From positions 1 through 61,498 of IMG/VR virus record IMGVR_UViG_3300042695_000123: a DNA stretch of 61,498 nucleotides; one strand, 5' to 3'. Source of the stretch: a virus (Duplodnaviria; Caudoviricetes). A program made the position numbers and the translations under genes. Shown here one piece after another: positions 40,058 to 49,000 of the stretch. Below the pieces are notes generated by a model. That model was not told the DNA's origin and ran no database searches. It was given only the letters and a program-made list of their open reading frames with translations. Within the stretch, counting starts at the first letter, position 1; each line of letters begins with the position of its first letter.

Positions 40058-40268
40058 GCTTGTGATGTGTGTGTATGTGTGCGCCCCACCGCCCCCGTAC
40101 CCCCCATGCAGGCCGTTGACCACCCGCCCGTCTATTACGCTCTATTCCACTCTTCCCAACATTTCTCCACAAACACCCCCCCCCATCCAATCCAAATCGC
40201 CAACCCCCCCCCTATATATATTTTCGTTTAAACAGTTGCGAACGTTCTCATTATCGTTTAAACTGTGT

Positions 40269-40508
40269 GTGTTGGTGGTAGCGTAATAGGAAACCTGTGC
40301 GCGAAGGATTGGGAGAACCCGGTCGCCATCAACACCTACACGCATGGGGATTGGTTACAAGTAACACAATGGTTAGTTCGCTGACTTGGATGTTGCGCCA
40401 GTCTCCAGCCGTGTTGGTGGCTGTGCAACCAAGCACGAGGCGCTCATGGGCTAGTGGTGGGGTAGCCGTTCAACTCGGCAACCCGGCGCTGTTGGGATGC
40501 CACCAACA
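40269..40508 (+). ncRNA. Three abutting stem-closed RNA modules, partly tRNA-like
   Basis: Stems 40269-79/40325-35, 40345-54/40398-407, 40412-21/40499-508; GCCG-TTCAACT-CGGC T-arm-like hairpin. Confidence 0.45.
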
Positions 40509-40524
40509 TCTTTAAAGGACTGAA

Positions 40525-41148
40525 ATGAAACGCAGAGATTTCTTAGCTTCATTGCTTGCAGGTGCAGCAGCGACAGTGCTGCCTGCGGGAGCCTTTGCTT
40601 CTAACACCGTGTGGAATACCGCAACCCTGACGGGTATGCTTGAGAACATGTTTGCTTGTCAAATGGGGCCGCCATGGGCGTTCTTTGAGGTGACGGCTGC
40701 TGGGAAAATCCTAACGCCCAATGAAAAGCTCAGTGTGCCAATCAACCGGTACATCTACGAGACTTACGTAGCTGCTGTTAAAGGTGGCACTGCCGAGGAG
40801 GCTGAGGCAAAGCTTGCCAAGCATTTCTATGAGCAGTTTGAAAAGGTTCCTGCGGGGCAATTGGTTTGGAGAACTAAACCAACCTTCTCAAGTCATGAGG
40901 TGGTGGAGTTTGGTGAGACTTGGCTGACCAGCGAGGCCATAGAGGATTCAAATGAAAAAGCTCCTTTCATGCCGCAGGGGGTTGAGTATGACTTTGCTAC
41001 TGGCAATTACCGGTTTGTCAAAGAGAAGTACACCCTTCATAAGATGAGAATGCGACTGGTGCTGCCTGACGTGTACGACGAAGAAGCACCTGCCATTGCA
41101 AGTTTGTTTAAACCTGAAGGCAATCCTGTGGTTGTAAATGTTGTTTAA
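40525..41148 (+). CDS. Protein with twin-arginine (Tat) signal peptide
   Basis: MKRRDFL, hydrophobic core, AFA cleavage site; SD AAGGA. Confidence 0.7.
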   Translation: MKRRDFLASLLAGAAATVLPAGAFASNTVWNTATLTGMLENMFACQMGPPWAFFEVTAAGKILTPNEKLSVPINRYIYETYVAAVKGGTAEEAEAKLAKHFYEQFEKVPAGQLVWRTKPTFSSHEVVEFGETWLTSEAIEDSNEKAPFMPQGVEYDFATGNYRFVKEKYTLHKMRMRLVLPDVYDEEAPAIASLFKPEGNPVVVNVV

Positions 41149-41150
41149 AC

Positions 41151-41381
41151 ATGACCAAGCATCGCCAGTTAGTACTAGACTTCATACGTGCCTACATCAG
41201 GTTGCACGGAGTTCCTCCGTCCTATGAAGTTATTGCTAAAGGAATTGGATTGAGTTCTAAGTCAAACGTTCACCGGATTGTTCATCGTCTGAAGGAAGAT
41301 GGCCATTTGACCATCCGGCCTTATAAGTTTCATTCGATCAAGTTGGTGGACAAGTCTGTCAAAGAGATGGCTGCGCTATGA
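41151..41381 (+). CDS. LexA DNA-binding-domain-only regulator
   Basis: VLDFIRAYI...PPSYEVIAKGIGLSSKSNVHRIVHRLKEDGHL; no peptidase domain. Confidence 0.85.
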   Translation: MTKHRQLVLDFIRAYIRLHGVPPSYEVIAKGIGLSSKSNVHRIVHRLKEDGHLTIRPYKFHSIKLVDKSVKEMAAL

Positions 41382-42880
41382 GTCTATTAACCCACGCAGA
41401 AGTTAAAGACTACATGGAGGCTTTGGACAATCCAAAGATTGATGCCGGGACGAGAAGTAAGATCAAGACGTTGATTGAGATGGACAAGGTTGAGAAGTCC
41501 AAGGAATCATTCTTGTTCTTTGTTAAGCAGATGTGGCCTGTGTTTATCTCTGGTAAGCACCATGCAATCATGGCAGATGCTTTTGAAAGGGTCGCTAGGG
41601 GCGACCTTAAGAGGTTGATTATTAATATGCCCCCTAGGCATACCAAGTCTGAGTTTGCTTCTTATCTGCTGCCGTCGTGGTTCTTGGGTAAGTTTCCTGA
41701 GAAGAAGATCATTCAGACTGCACACACCGCAGAATTAGCTACCGGATTTGGTCGAAAGGTTAGGAATCTTGTCTCCTCAGAGAATTATCAGAAGGTATTT
41801 GACACAAAGCTATCGAGTGATTCGAAAGCCGCAGGTCGCTGGAACACTAACATGGGCGGTGATTACTTCGCTATCGGTGTTGGCGGCGCTGTTACAGGTA
41901 AGGGCGCTGATCTATTGATCATTGATGACCCTCATTCTGAGCAGGAAGCTAAACAGGGTAACCCTGCGGTGTTTGATAATGTCTATGAGTGGTTCACATC
42001 TGGCCCGCGCCAGCGTTTACAGCCGGGTGGAGCCATCATCATTGTGATGACTCGCTGGTCAAAACGTGACTTAACAGGCCAAATTCTCAAAAACGCAGGA
42101 AAAGACGGTGTAGATCAGTGGGAAATCATTGATTTCCCGGCAATCATGCCATCTGGTGTGCCTTTATGGCCTGCTTTTTGGGCAAAAGACGCGCTAGAAG
42201 CGCTCAAAGCAGAGCTTCCAGTCTCTAAATGGGAAGCTCAATATCAACAAAACCCCACATCTGAAGAAGGCGCGATCATTAAGCGCGACCAATGGTCAAT
42301 TTGGGAAAAAGATACTGCTCCTGCATGTGAATACATCATCCAATCTTGGGATACAGCCTTTGAAAAGAACAATCGGGCTGACTATTCAGCCTGTACAACA
42401 TGGGGTGTCTTCCAACACCCCAATAAACACGGAGATATGAGGCCTAACATCATTCTTTTGGATGCGTTTAAACAACGTATGGAGTTCCCAGAGCTTAAGA
42501 AGATGGCTTTGGAACTTTGGCAGGAATGGGAGCCGGATACATTAATCGTTGAGAAGAGGGCCGCAGGCGCTCCGTTGATCTATGAGATGCGAAAGATGGG
42601 AATCCCTCTGTCTGAGTTTACACCGGGTAAAGGAAACGATAAGATCTCGCGTGTAAACGCAATCTCCGATCTGTTTGCTTCAGGTGTTGTCTGGTGTCCA
42701 GAGACTCGTTGGGCTGAAGAAGTGATGGATGAACTGGCCTCCTTCCCTAACGGCGATCATGACGACCTTGTTGACTCTTCAAGCCAAGCTCTGATGAGAT
42801 TCCGTCAAGGAGGATTCATTACCATCGAATCAGATGAGCCGGATGAACCCGTATATCGCAGACGCATGGAATATTATTAA
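41378..42880 (+). CDS. terL: Terminase large subunit
   Basis: MPPRHTKS, LLIIDDP, MTRW, SWDTAF, HDDLVDS. Confidence 0.95.
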   Translation: MSLLTHAEVKDYMEALDNPKIDAGTRSKIKTLIEMDKVEKSKESFLFFVKQMWPVFISGKHHAIMADAFERVARGDLKRLIINMPPRHTKSEFASYLLPSWFLGKFPEKKIIQTAHTAELATGFGRKVRNLVSSENYQKVFDTKLSSDSKAAGRWNTNMGGDYFAIGVGGAVTGKGADLLIIDDPHSEQEAKQGNPAVFDNVYEWFTSGPRQRLQPGGAIIIVMTRWSKRDLTGQILKNAGKDGVDQWEIIDFPAIMPSGVPLWPAFWAKDALEALKAELPVSKWEAQYQQNPTSEEGAIIKRDQWSIWEKDTAPACEYIIQSWDTAFEKNNRADYSACTTWGVFQHPNKHGDMRPNIILLDAFKQRMEFPELKKMALELWQEWEPDTLIVEKRAAGAPLIYEMRKMGIPLSEFTPGKGNDKISRVNAISDLFASGVVWCPETRWAEEVMDELASFPNGDHDDLVDSSSQALMRFRQGGFITIESDEPDEPVYRRRMEYY

Positions 42881-42888
42881 GGACTCAC

Positions 42889-45270
42889 ATGAGTATCGAC
42901 AAAGCAATCAGCCAAGCCCCTATGGGTCTTTCCGAACTTCTTGAGGACATTGGCGTGGACGTTGAATTAGACGATCCCGTCATCATTGAAGAGGAAAGCG
43001 TTGAGATTATCCTATCGCCTGACTCAGACTACGACAGTGATTTTGATGACAACCTCGCAGAAATCCTAGATGAAGGCACATTAGGCAAGATTGCTTCTGA
43101 ACTGGTGGAGCTTGTAGAGGCTGACATCATGTCCCGCAAAGACTGGGCTGAAAGCTTTGTCAAAGGCTTGGAAGTTTTGGGAGTTAACTACGAAGAACGT
43201 ACAGAACCATGGAACGGAGCCTGCGGGGTTTACTCCACAGTCTTGACTGAAGCTGCAATTAGGTTCCAGTCTGAGTCCATCATGGAGACATTCCCTGCCG
43301 CTGGCCCTGTCAAGACAGAGATCATCGGAGCGATTGACCGCCTGAAGGAAGAAGCAGCCGACCGAGTTCAGGCTGACATGAACTTTAAGCTGACCGAGGA
43401 AATGCCTGAGTACCGCCCAGAGCATGAGCGCATGTTGTACTCCTTAGGTCTGGCTGGCGCGGCATTTAAGAAGGTCTACTACGACCCAGCCCTTGAGCGT
43501 CAGGTCGCAGTCTTTATCCCTGCCGAAGACATGATTGTTCCGTATGGAGCTTCTAATCTTCAGAACGCAGAACGTGTTACTCATGTGATGCGTAAGACCA
43601 AGAATGAAATGCGCCGCCTACAAGTCAGCGGTTTCTACAGAGACATTGACCTTGGCGAGCCTGTTCAGTACCTATCTGATATTGAAAAGAAAAAAGCTGA
43701 CCAGCAAGGCTACAAAGCGACTGATGACGATAGATTCCAACTCTTGGAAGTCCATGTTTACTGGGACTTAGAAGGGTTTGAAGATGAAGACTCTGAGGGA
43801 GAGCAAACAGGTATTGGCCTGCCTTATGTCATCACAATTGATCGCGGCACTAATAAGGTTCTGGCTATCCGACGTAACTGGATAGAGAACGACGGCAAGA
43901 AAGCCAAACGTCAGCATTTCGTAGATTACTGCTATATCCCCGGCTTTGGTTTCTACGGCATGGGTTTGATCCACATCATCGGTGGCTACGCCCGTGCAGG
44001 CACATCTTTGATCCGTCAGTTGGTAGACGCAGGTACTCTGGCCAACCTCCCCGGAGGTTTGAAAGCCCGTGGCGCTCGCATCAAGGGTGACGATACACCC
44101 ATCCAACCGGGTGAGTTCAGGGACGTAGATGTCCCAAGTGGTGTCATCAAAGATAACATCATGACGCTGCCTTACAAAGAGCCAAGCGGCACTTTGTTAA
44201 CTTTGTTAGATCGCATCACAGAAGAAGGCCGCCGTCTAGGTTCTATCTCTGACATGAAGATCTCTGACATGAGCGCTAACGCGCCAGTCGGTACAACTCT
44301 GGCCTTGTTAGAAAGAACCTTGAAGACCATGGGCGCAGTACAAGCCCGTGTCCATTACTCGATGAAGCAGGAGTTTAAACTCCTCAAGAGCATCATCAGA
44401 GACTACTCGCCTGCCGAGTATGAGTACGATCCACAAGGCAACGACCGCCAAGTTAAGCAGTCTGACTACGACCTAGTTGAAGTCATTCCTGTATCTGATC
44501 CCAACAGTTCCACAATGGCCCAAAGGATCATGCAGTATCAGGCTGTGATCCAGTTGGCTCAGGGTGCTCCGCAGATCTATGATCTGCCATTGCTGCACCG
44601 CCAGATGATTGAGGTTCTGGGTATCAAGAACGCAGACAAACTGATCCCCGGCGCAGAAGATCAGACACCTAAAGATCCGATCAGTGAGAACATGGCATTC
44701 CTCAACGGAAAGCCAACCAAAGCATTCATTTATCAGGATCATGAGGCGCACATTGCAGCGCACACATCCTTCATGCAGGATCCAATGATTGCCGCTCAGA
44801 TTGGTCAAAACCCAATGGCACAGAAGATTCAAGCGTCAGCGATGGCTCACATAGCAGAACACTTGGCGTTCTTGTACCGCAAGAAAGTCGAAGAGCAGGT
44901 CGGAGTTCCTCTCCCCGCTCCAGATGCCAAACTACCAGAAGACGTGGAAGTTCAATTGTCCCGTCTGGTTGCCCAAGGCTCCGCCCAGTTACTCCAGCTT
45001 AACCAAGCTCAACAGCAACAACAGCAAGCCCAGCAGCAAGCACAAGATCCGCTCATCCAGATGCAACAAGCTGAACTCCAGCTTAAGGGTCAGGCCGAGC
45101 AGACCAAGGCGCAGAAAATTGCCGCCGATATTGAAATGGCAAAAGCCAAACTCGAACTTGAGAACAAGCGGATCGACACGCAGGCTCAACTCGACATGGC
45201 TCGTATCCAAGCGCAGGAAAAACAACACAACCAAAAGGTTCAAGTTGACCTGTTTAAACGAGGAGCATAA
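42889..45270 (+). CDS. Portal protein
   Basis: 793 aa after TerL, FKKVYYD, Gln-rich C-terminal coil. Confidence 0.85.
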   Translation: MSIDKAISQAPMGLSELLEDIGVDVELDDPVIIEEESVEIILSPDSDYDSDFDDNLAEILDEGTLGKIASELVELVEADIMSRKDWAESFVKGLEVLGVNYEERTEPWNGACGVYSTVLTEAAIRFQSESIMETFPAAGPVKTEIIGAIDRLKEEAADRVQADMNFKLTEEMPEYRPEHERMLYSLGLAGAAFKKVYYDPALERQVAVFIPAEDMIVPYGASNLQNAERVTHVMRKTKNEMRRLQVSGFYRDIDLGEPVQYLSDIEKKKADQQGYKATDDDRFQLLEVHVYWDLEGFEDEDSEGEQTGIGLPYVITIDRGTNKVLAIRRNWIENDGKKAKRQHFVDYCYIPGFGFYGMGLIHIIGGYARAGTSLIRQLVDAGTLANLPGGLKARGARIKGDDTPIQPGEFRDVDVPSGVIKDNIMTLPYKEPSGTLLTLLDRITEEGRRLGSISDMKISDMSANAPVGTTLALLERTLKTMGAVQARVHYSMKQEFKLLKSIIRDYSPAEYEYDPQGNDRQVKQSDYDLVEVIPVSDPNSSTMAQRIMQYQAVIQLAQGAPQIYDLPLLHRQMIEVLGIKNADKLIPGAEDQTPKDPISENMAFLNGKPTKAFIYQDHEAHIAAHTSFMQDPMIAAQIGQNPMAQKIQASAMAHIAEHLAFLYRKKVEEQVGVPLPAPDAKLPEDVEVQLSRLVAQGSAQLLQLNQAQQQQQQAQQQAQDPLIQMQQAELQLKGQAEQTKAQKIAADIEMAKAKLELENKRIDTQAQLDMARIQAQEKQHNQKVQVDLFKRGA

Positions 45271-45272
45271 CT

Positions 45273-45473
45273 ATGTATGAAGGTCAGAGTTTTAAATATC
45301 TTTTAACTGATCTTCAAGAGAAGGAGAAAAACCTTCTTGAAAGTCTTGGAGGTGGGGCAGCGCAAGATTACCCCGCCTATCGAGAGATGTGCGGGCAAAT
45401 TCGAGGTCTACTGTACGCACAGTCTTTAATCAATGACCTTGTTCGAAAACTTGAAAGATATGAAGATGACTGA
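45273..45473 (+). CDS. Conserved small head-region protein
   Basis: DYPAYREMCGQIRGL. Confidence 0.7.
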   Translation: MYEGQSFKYLLTDLQEKEKNLLESLGGGAAQDYPAYREMCGQIRGLLYAQSLINDLVRKLERYEDD

Positions 45474-45873
45474 ATTCGATGTCAGTGCAGTGGATTTAGC
45501 TGGTGTACTTAACAAATCATCAGAGGAAAAGGCAAAACAAGTGCCCGATCCAGCCACATACCATCTCCTCTGTATGCTTCCGAAAGCAGAAGAAGAGCTT
45601 GGTGAATCCGGTTTGTTGTACAAAACCGCTACCATGATGCATCATGAGGAGCTTCTTTCTCCCGTGTTGTTTGTGGCAAAAATGGGGCCTGATGCGTTTA
45701 AAGACGAAAAAAGGTTTCCTTCTGGCCCATCCTGCAAGGTTGGCGACTTCATCATTACCCGCCCTAACAGCGGTACACGGATGAAGATTCATGGTACTGA
45801 GTGGCGTTTGATCAATGACGATAGCGTAGAAGCTGTGGTTCAAGATCCTCGCGGTATTCAGCGCCCCTTCTAA
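45466..45873 (+). CDS. GroES-like co-chaperonin
   Basis: SGLL, VAKMGPDAF, CKVGDFI, RLINDDSVEAVV. Confidence 0.8.
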   Translation: MTEFDVSAVDLAGVLNKSSEEKAKQVPDPATYHLLCMLPKAEEELGESGLLYKTATMMHHEELLSPVLFVAKMGPDAFKDEKRFPSGPSCKVGDFIITRPNSGTRMKIHGTEWRLINDDSVEAVVQDPRGIQRPF

Positions 45874-45882
45874 GGAGCAACC

Positions 45883-46857
45883 ATGGCAGAATTAGACAAG
45901 ACAGAATATGAGTTTCCCGATGAAATCGAGGAAAAGCAGTCTCGTTTAGGTAGTAAGGTTGTAGAACCTGAGCCTGAAGAGAAGGTCGTAGACGAACCTG
46001 AGATAGAGATCGTTGACGACACACCGGATGAAGACCGTGGCCGAAAGCCCATGGAAACCCCTCCACAAGAGCCAACCGACGAGGAACTGGCTGCATATTC
46101 CCAGCGTGACCGCAACAAACTTCGTGAATTTACGAAGGGCTATCACGACGAACGCAGAGCTAAAGAAGCTGCGATCAGGGAAAAAGAAGAGGCTATTCGC
46201 ATTGCTCAAGCAGTTTATGAAGAGAATCAAAAACTCAAAAGCAATGTGCACAGCAGTCAAAGTGCCCTGCTAGAGCAGGCTAAAAAAGTTGTTTCGCAAG
46301 AGGTTGAAGAAGCCAAGCGCCGCTACAAATCAGCATATGAGTCAGGAGACGCAGATGCCCTTGTACAGGCTCAAGAGGACTTAACCACTGCCAAGATGAA
46401 GGCAGAGCGTGTAAACAATTTTAAGCCTACCCCTTTACAGGAAGAAAAAACTGTTGTACAACCCGCATATCAGCAAGCACCTCGCGTTGATACTAAAGCT
46501 GTTGAATGGCAACAAGCCAATAAATGGTTTGGTACTGACAAGGAAATGACCGGATTCGCTCTGGCGGTGCATGAAAAGCTGGTTAACGACGAGGGTTTAG
46601 ATCCTCAGAGTGACGAATACTACAGACGCATCAACGGTAGAGTGCGTCAAGTGTTTCCAGATAAGTTTGAATCTGCGGAACCCGCTGATACGACGCAGCG
46701 TAGGAAATCAAACGTTGTTGCTTCTGCGACACGCAGCGTGGCTCCTAAAAAGATCACGTTGTCTGCATCAGAAGTGGCTATTGCCAAGCGGCTAGGCCTT
46801 CCTCTGGAACGCTATGCTCGTGAGGTTGCGATATTAAGAAGGAAAGAAAATGGCTGA
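45883..46857 (+). CDS. Capsid scaffolding protein (putative)
   Basis: Acidic N-terminus, coiled coil, between portal and capsid genes. Confidence 0.7.
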   Translation: MAELDKTEYEFPDEIEEKQSRLGSKVVEPEPEEKVVDEPEIEIVDDTPDEDRGRKPMETPPQEPTDEELAAYSQRDRNKLREFTKGYHDERRAKEAAIREKEEAIRIAQAVYEENQKLKSNVHSSQSALLEQAKKVVSQEVEEAKRRYKSAYESGDADALVQAQEDLTTAKMKAERVNNFKPTPLQEEKTVVQPAYQQAPRVDTKAVEWQQANKWFGTDKEMTGFALAVHEKLVNDEGLDPQSDEYYRRINGRVRQVFPDKFESAEPADTTQRRKSNVVASATRSVAPKKITLSASEVAIAKRLGLPLERYAREVAILRRKENG

Positions 46858-47299
46858 ACAAATTCGTGAAAAAAGAGCTACAGAGTCCCGTGCAAGTTTT
46901 GAGCGTCCTTCGAAATGGATGCCCGCTTCGTTGCTGCCAGATCCCGAACCAGAAGCTGGTTGGAATTTCCGGTGGATTCGCCTTGCTAATTTAAACAATC
47001 CTGATCCGTCAAATATTTCCTCCAAATTACGCGAAGGTTGGGAGCCTGTTAAAGCCTCAGATCAACCCAAACTCCAACTGTTAACCAACCCTAACGGTCG
47101 CTTTCCAGATGGAATTGAAATTGGTGGACTGTTGCTTTGCAAGACCCCTTCTGAGTTTGTTGAACAGCGGAACGCCCACTACCAGAAAATTTCTGATGGG
47201 CAGATGCAGTCAGTAGACAACACCTACATGCGCGAAAGTCATCCTAAGATGCCTTTGTTCAAAGAACGAAGCTCTGAGGTAACTTTCGGAAGACGGTAA
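46850..47299 (+). CDS. Conserved head-region protein
   Basis: FRWIR, REGWEPV, GGLLLCK. Confidence 0.7.
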   Translation: MAEQIREKRATESRASFERPSKWMPASLLPDPEPEAGWNFRWIRLANLNNPDPSNISSKLREGWEPVKASDQPKLQLLTNPNGRFPDGIEIGGLLLCKTPSEFVEQRNAHYQKISDGQMQSVDNTYMRESHPKMPLFKERSSEVTFGRR

Positions 47300-47320
47300 T
47301 TAAATTTTTTGGAGACTTAA

Positions 47321-47923
47321 ATGTCAACTACCAATGCTCCTTATGGGCTACGTCCCATCAATCGTAACGACGGTATGCCTTATGCCGGTGCTACGAGTCA
47401 GTTCTTGATTGACCCAGCAGGCCTTAATTCCAACTTGTTCTACGGACAAGCTGTTCTTATCAATGCTAACGGTTATATCGCTTTGTCCACCGCCACCGGC
47501 GCAGACTTAACTACCAACAACCTTGGTGGCGACAGTATGGGTGCTTGGGGTGTTTTTGTTGGTGCATCCTACATCAACTCACAAGGTCAACAGATTTACG
47601 GCCAGTACTATCCCTCCGGCACAACCGGCGTGGTGACTGCATACGTGATCACTGACCCTAACGTTACTTTCCAAGCTCAATTGGATGGTCAAGTTACTCA
47701 AGCCGCTCTTGGCGCAAACACCTTCTTTGCTGCTGCACAGTCTACTTCTACAGGTTCTACCCGTACAGGTAACTCTACCAGCGCCTTGGAGAGCACAGTT
47801 GTAACGACTGCCGCTGCGTTCAAAATCATTGGTTTCGCCTCTCCATTGACTGACAGCTTCACTGAAGTGTTTGTTAAGTTCAATCCCGGCGCTTCTGCTT
47901 TCACTAACGCCGTTGGCATCTAA
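47321..47923 (+). CDS. Capsid decoration/cement protein (putative)
   Basis: APYGLRP, beta-rich, directly before the capsid gene. Confidence 0.6.
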   Translation: MSTTNAPYGLRPINRNDGMPYAGATSQFLIDPAGLNSNLFYGQAVLINANGYIALSTATGADLTTNNLGGDSMGAWGVFVGASYINSQGQQIYGQYYPSGTTGVVTAYVITDPNVTFQAQLDGQVTQAALGANTFFAAAQSTSTGSTRTGNSTSALESTVVTTAAAFKIIGFASPLTDSFTEVFVKFNPGASAFTNAVGI

Positions 47924-47934
47924 GGAGCTAAATC

Positions 47935-48843
47935 ATGGCTATTTCACGCGCACAACTACTTAAAGAGTTGCTCCCCGGCCTGAACGCTTTGTTCGGTCTT
48001 GAGTATGCACGCTACGGCGAAGAGCACAAAGAAATCTACGAAACAGAGACTTCTGAGCGTTCTTTTGAAGAAGAGACAAAACTGTCAGGCTTTGCTGCTG
48101 CACCAGTCAAAAACGAGGGCGCTGCCATCGCTTATGACAATGCACAGGAAGCATTCACTGCACGTTACACCCACGAAACCATTGCGATGGGCTTCTCCAT
48201 CACAGAGGAAGCTGTGGAAGATAACTTGTATGACAGCTTGTCTTCACGTTATACCAAGGCTTTGGCCCGTGGTATGGCTTACACCAAGCAGGTTAAAGCC
48301 GCTTTTGTGTTGAACAACGCCTTCACTGGCGGCCCAACATACGGCGACGGCGTGGTGCTTTGCTCTACCGCTCACCCCTTGGTTTCTGGTGGCACTAACA
48401 GTAACACTCCCGCTACTCCTTCCGATTTGAATGAGACTTCTCTTGAGAATGCCGTTATTCAGATCGCTGCTTGGACAGACGAGCGTGGTTTGCTGATTGC
48501 TGCTAAACCTAGAAAGTTGATTGTTCCGCCTGCTTTGATGTTCGTGTCTACACGTTTGCTTGAAACCGAACTCCGTGTTTCTACAGCCGACAATGACATT
48601 AACGCATTGAAGAATAACGGTTCAATCCCTGAAGGTTATACCGTCAACCACTATCTGACAGATCCAAATGCTTGGTTCCTGTGTACAGATGTGCCTAACG
48701 GTTTGAAGCATTTTGTACGTACCCCCATGTCTACAGGCATGGACGGTGACTTTGATACCGGCAACGTCCGTTACAAAGCCCGTGAGCGTTACAGCTTCGG
48801 CGTATCTGATCCTTTGGGCATCTTCGGTTCACCCGGAGCCTAA
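47935..48843 (+). CDS. Major capsid protein, Mu gpT-like
   Basis: AISRAQLLKELLPGLNALFG, LIVPPAL, YKARERYSFG. Confidence 0.9.
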   Translation: MAISRAQLLKELLPGLNALFGLEYARYGEEHKEIYETETSERSFEEETKLSGFAAAPVKNEGAAIAYDNAQEAFTARYTHETIAMGFSITEEAVEDNLYDSLSSRYTKALARGMAYTKQVKAAFVLNNAFTGGPTYGDGVVLCSTAHPLVSGGTNSNTPATPSDLNETSLENAVIQIAAWTDERGLLIAAKPRKLIVPPALMFVSTRLLETELRVSTADNDINALKNNGSIPEGYTVNHYLTDPNAWFLCTDVPNGLKHFVRTPMSTGMDGDFDTGNVRYKARERYSFGVSDPLGIFGSPGA

Positions 48844-48856
48844 TAGGAAAAAAAAG

Positions 48857-48880
48857 AAAGGGGCTTCGGCCCCTTTTTTT
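48857..48880 (+). terminator. Intrinsic terminator, likely bidirectional
   Basis: A-run, GGGGC-TTCG-GCCCC, T7. Confidence 0.85.
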
Positions 48881-48881
48881 G

Positions 48882-48910
48882 TTGCATTGGTTTAAACAGA
48901 GTGGTATAAA
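48882..48910 (+). promoter_or_regulatory. Sigma70-like promoter with GTTTAAAC in its spacer
   Basis: TTGCAT, 17 bp, TATAAA with TG extension. Confidence 0.55.
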
Positions 48911-48919
48911 CATGTTAAT

Positions 48920-48993
48920 CCGGGCTTATCCGGTGCATTAGACAGTCCCGGCTGACGACATACAGACTGATGCACTTAACTTGTATGTAAGGA
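48920..48993 (+). ncRNA. Pseudoknotted RNA downstream of the capsid gene, candidate Mu-gpT-DE motif
   Basis: CCGGG/CCCGG, GTGCATTAG/CTGATGCAC, ACATACA/TGTATGT abutting the SD. Confidence 0.6.
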
Positions 48994-49000
48994 ATACATC

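Noticed and set aside
40412-40508. Canonical tRNA gene
   Set aside because: T-arm-like hairpin is present but spacing to the acceptor stem and the D and anticodon arms do not fit.
45466-45873. GroES-like gene as a novelty
   Set aside because: Phage co-chaperonins near head genes are well known (T4 gp31).
48947-48990. Hammerhead ribozyme (CTGACGA core)
   Set aside because: No GAAA after the would-be stem II and the helix topology does not fit.
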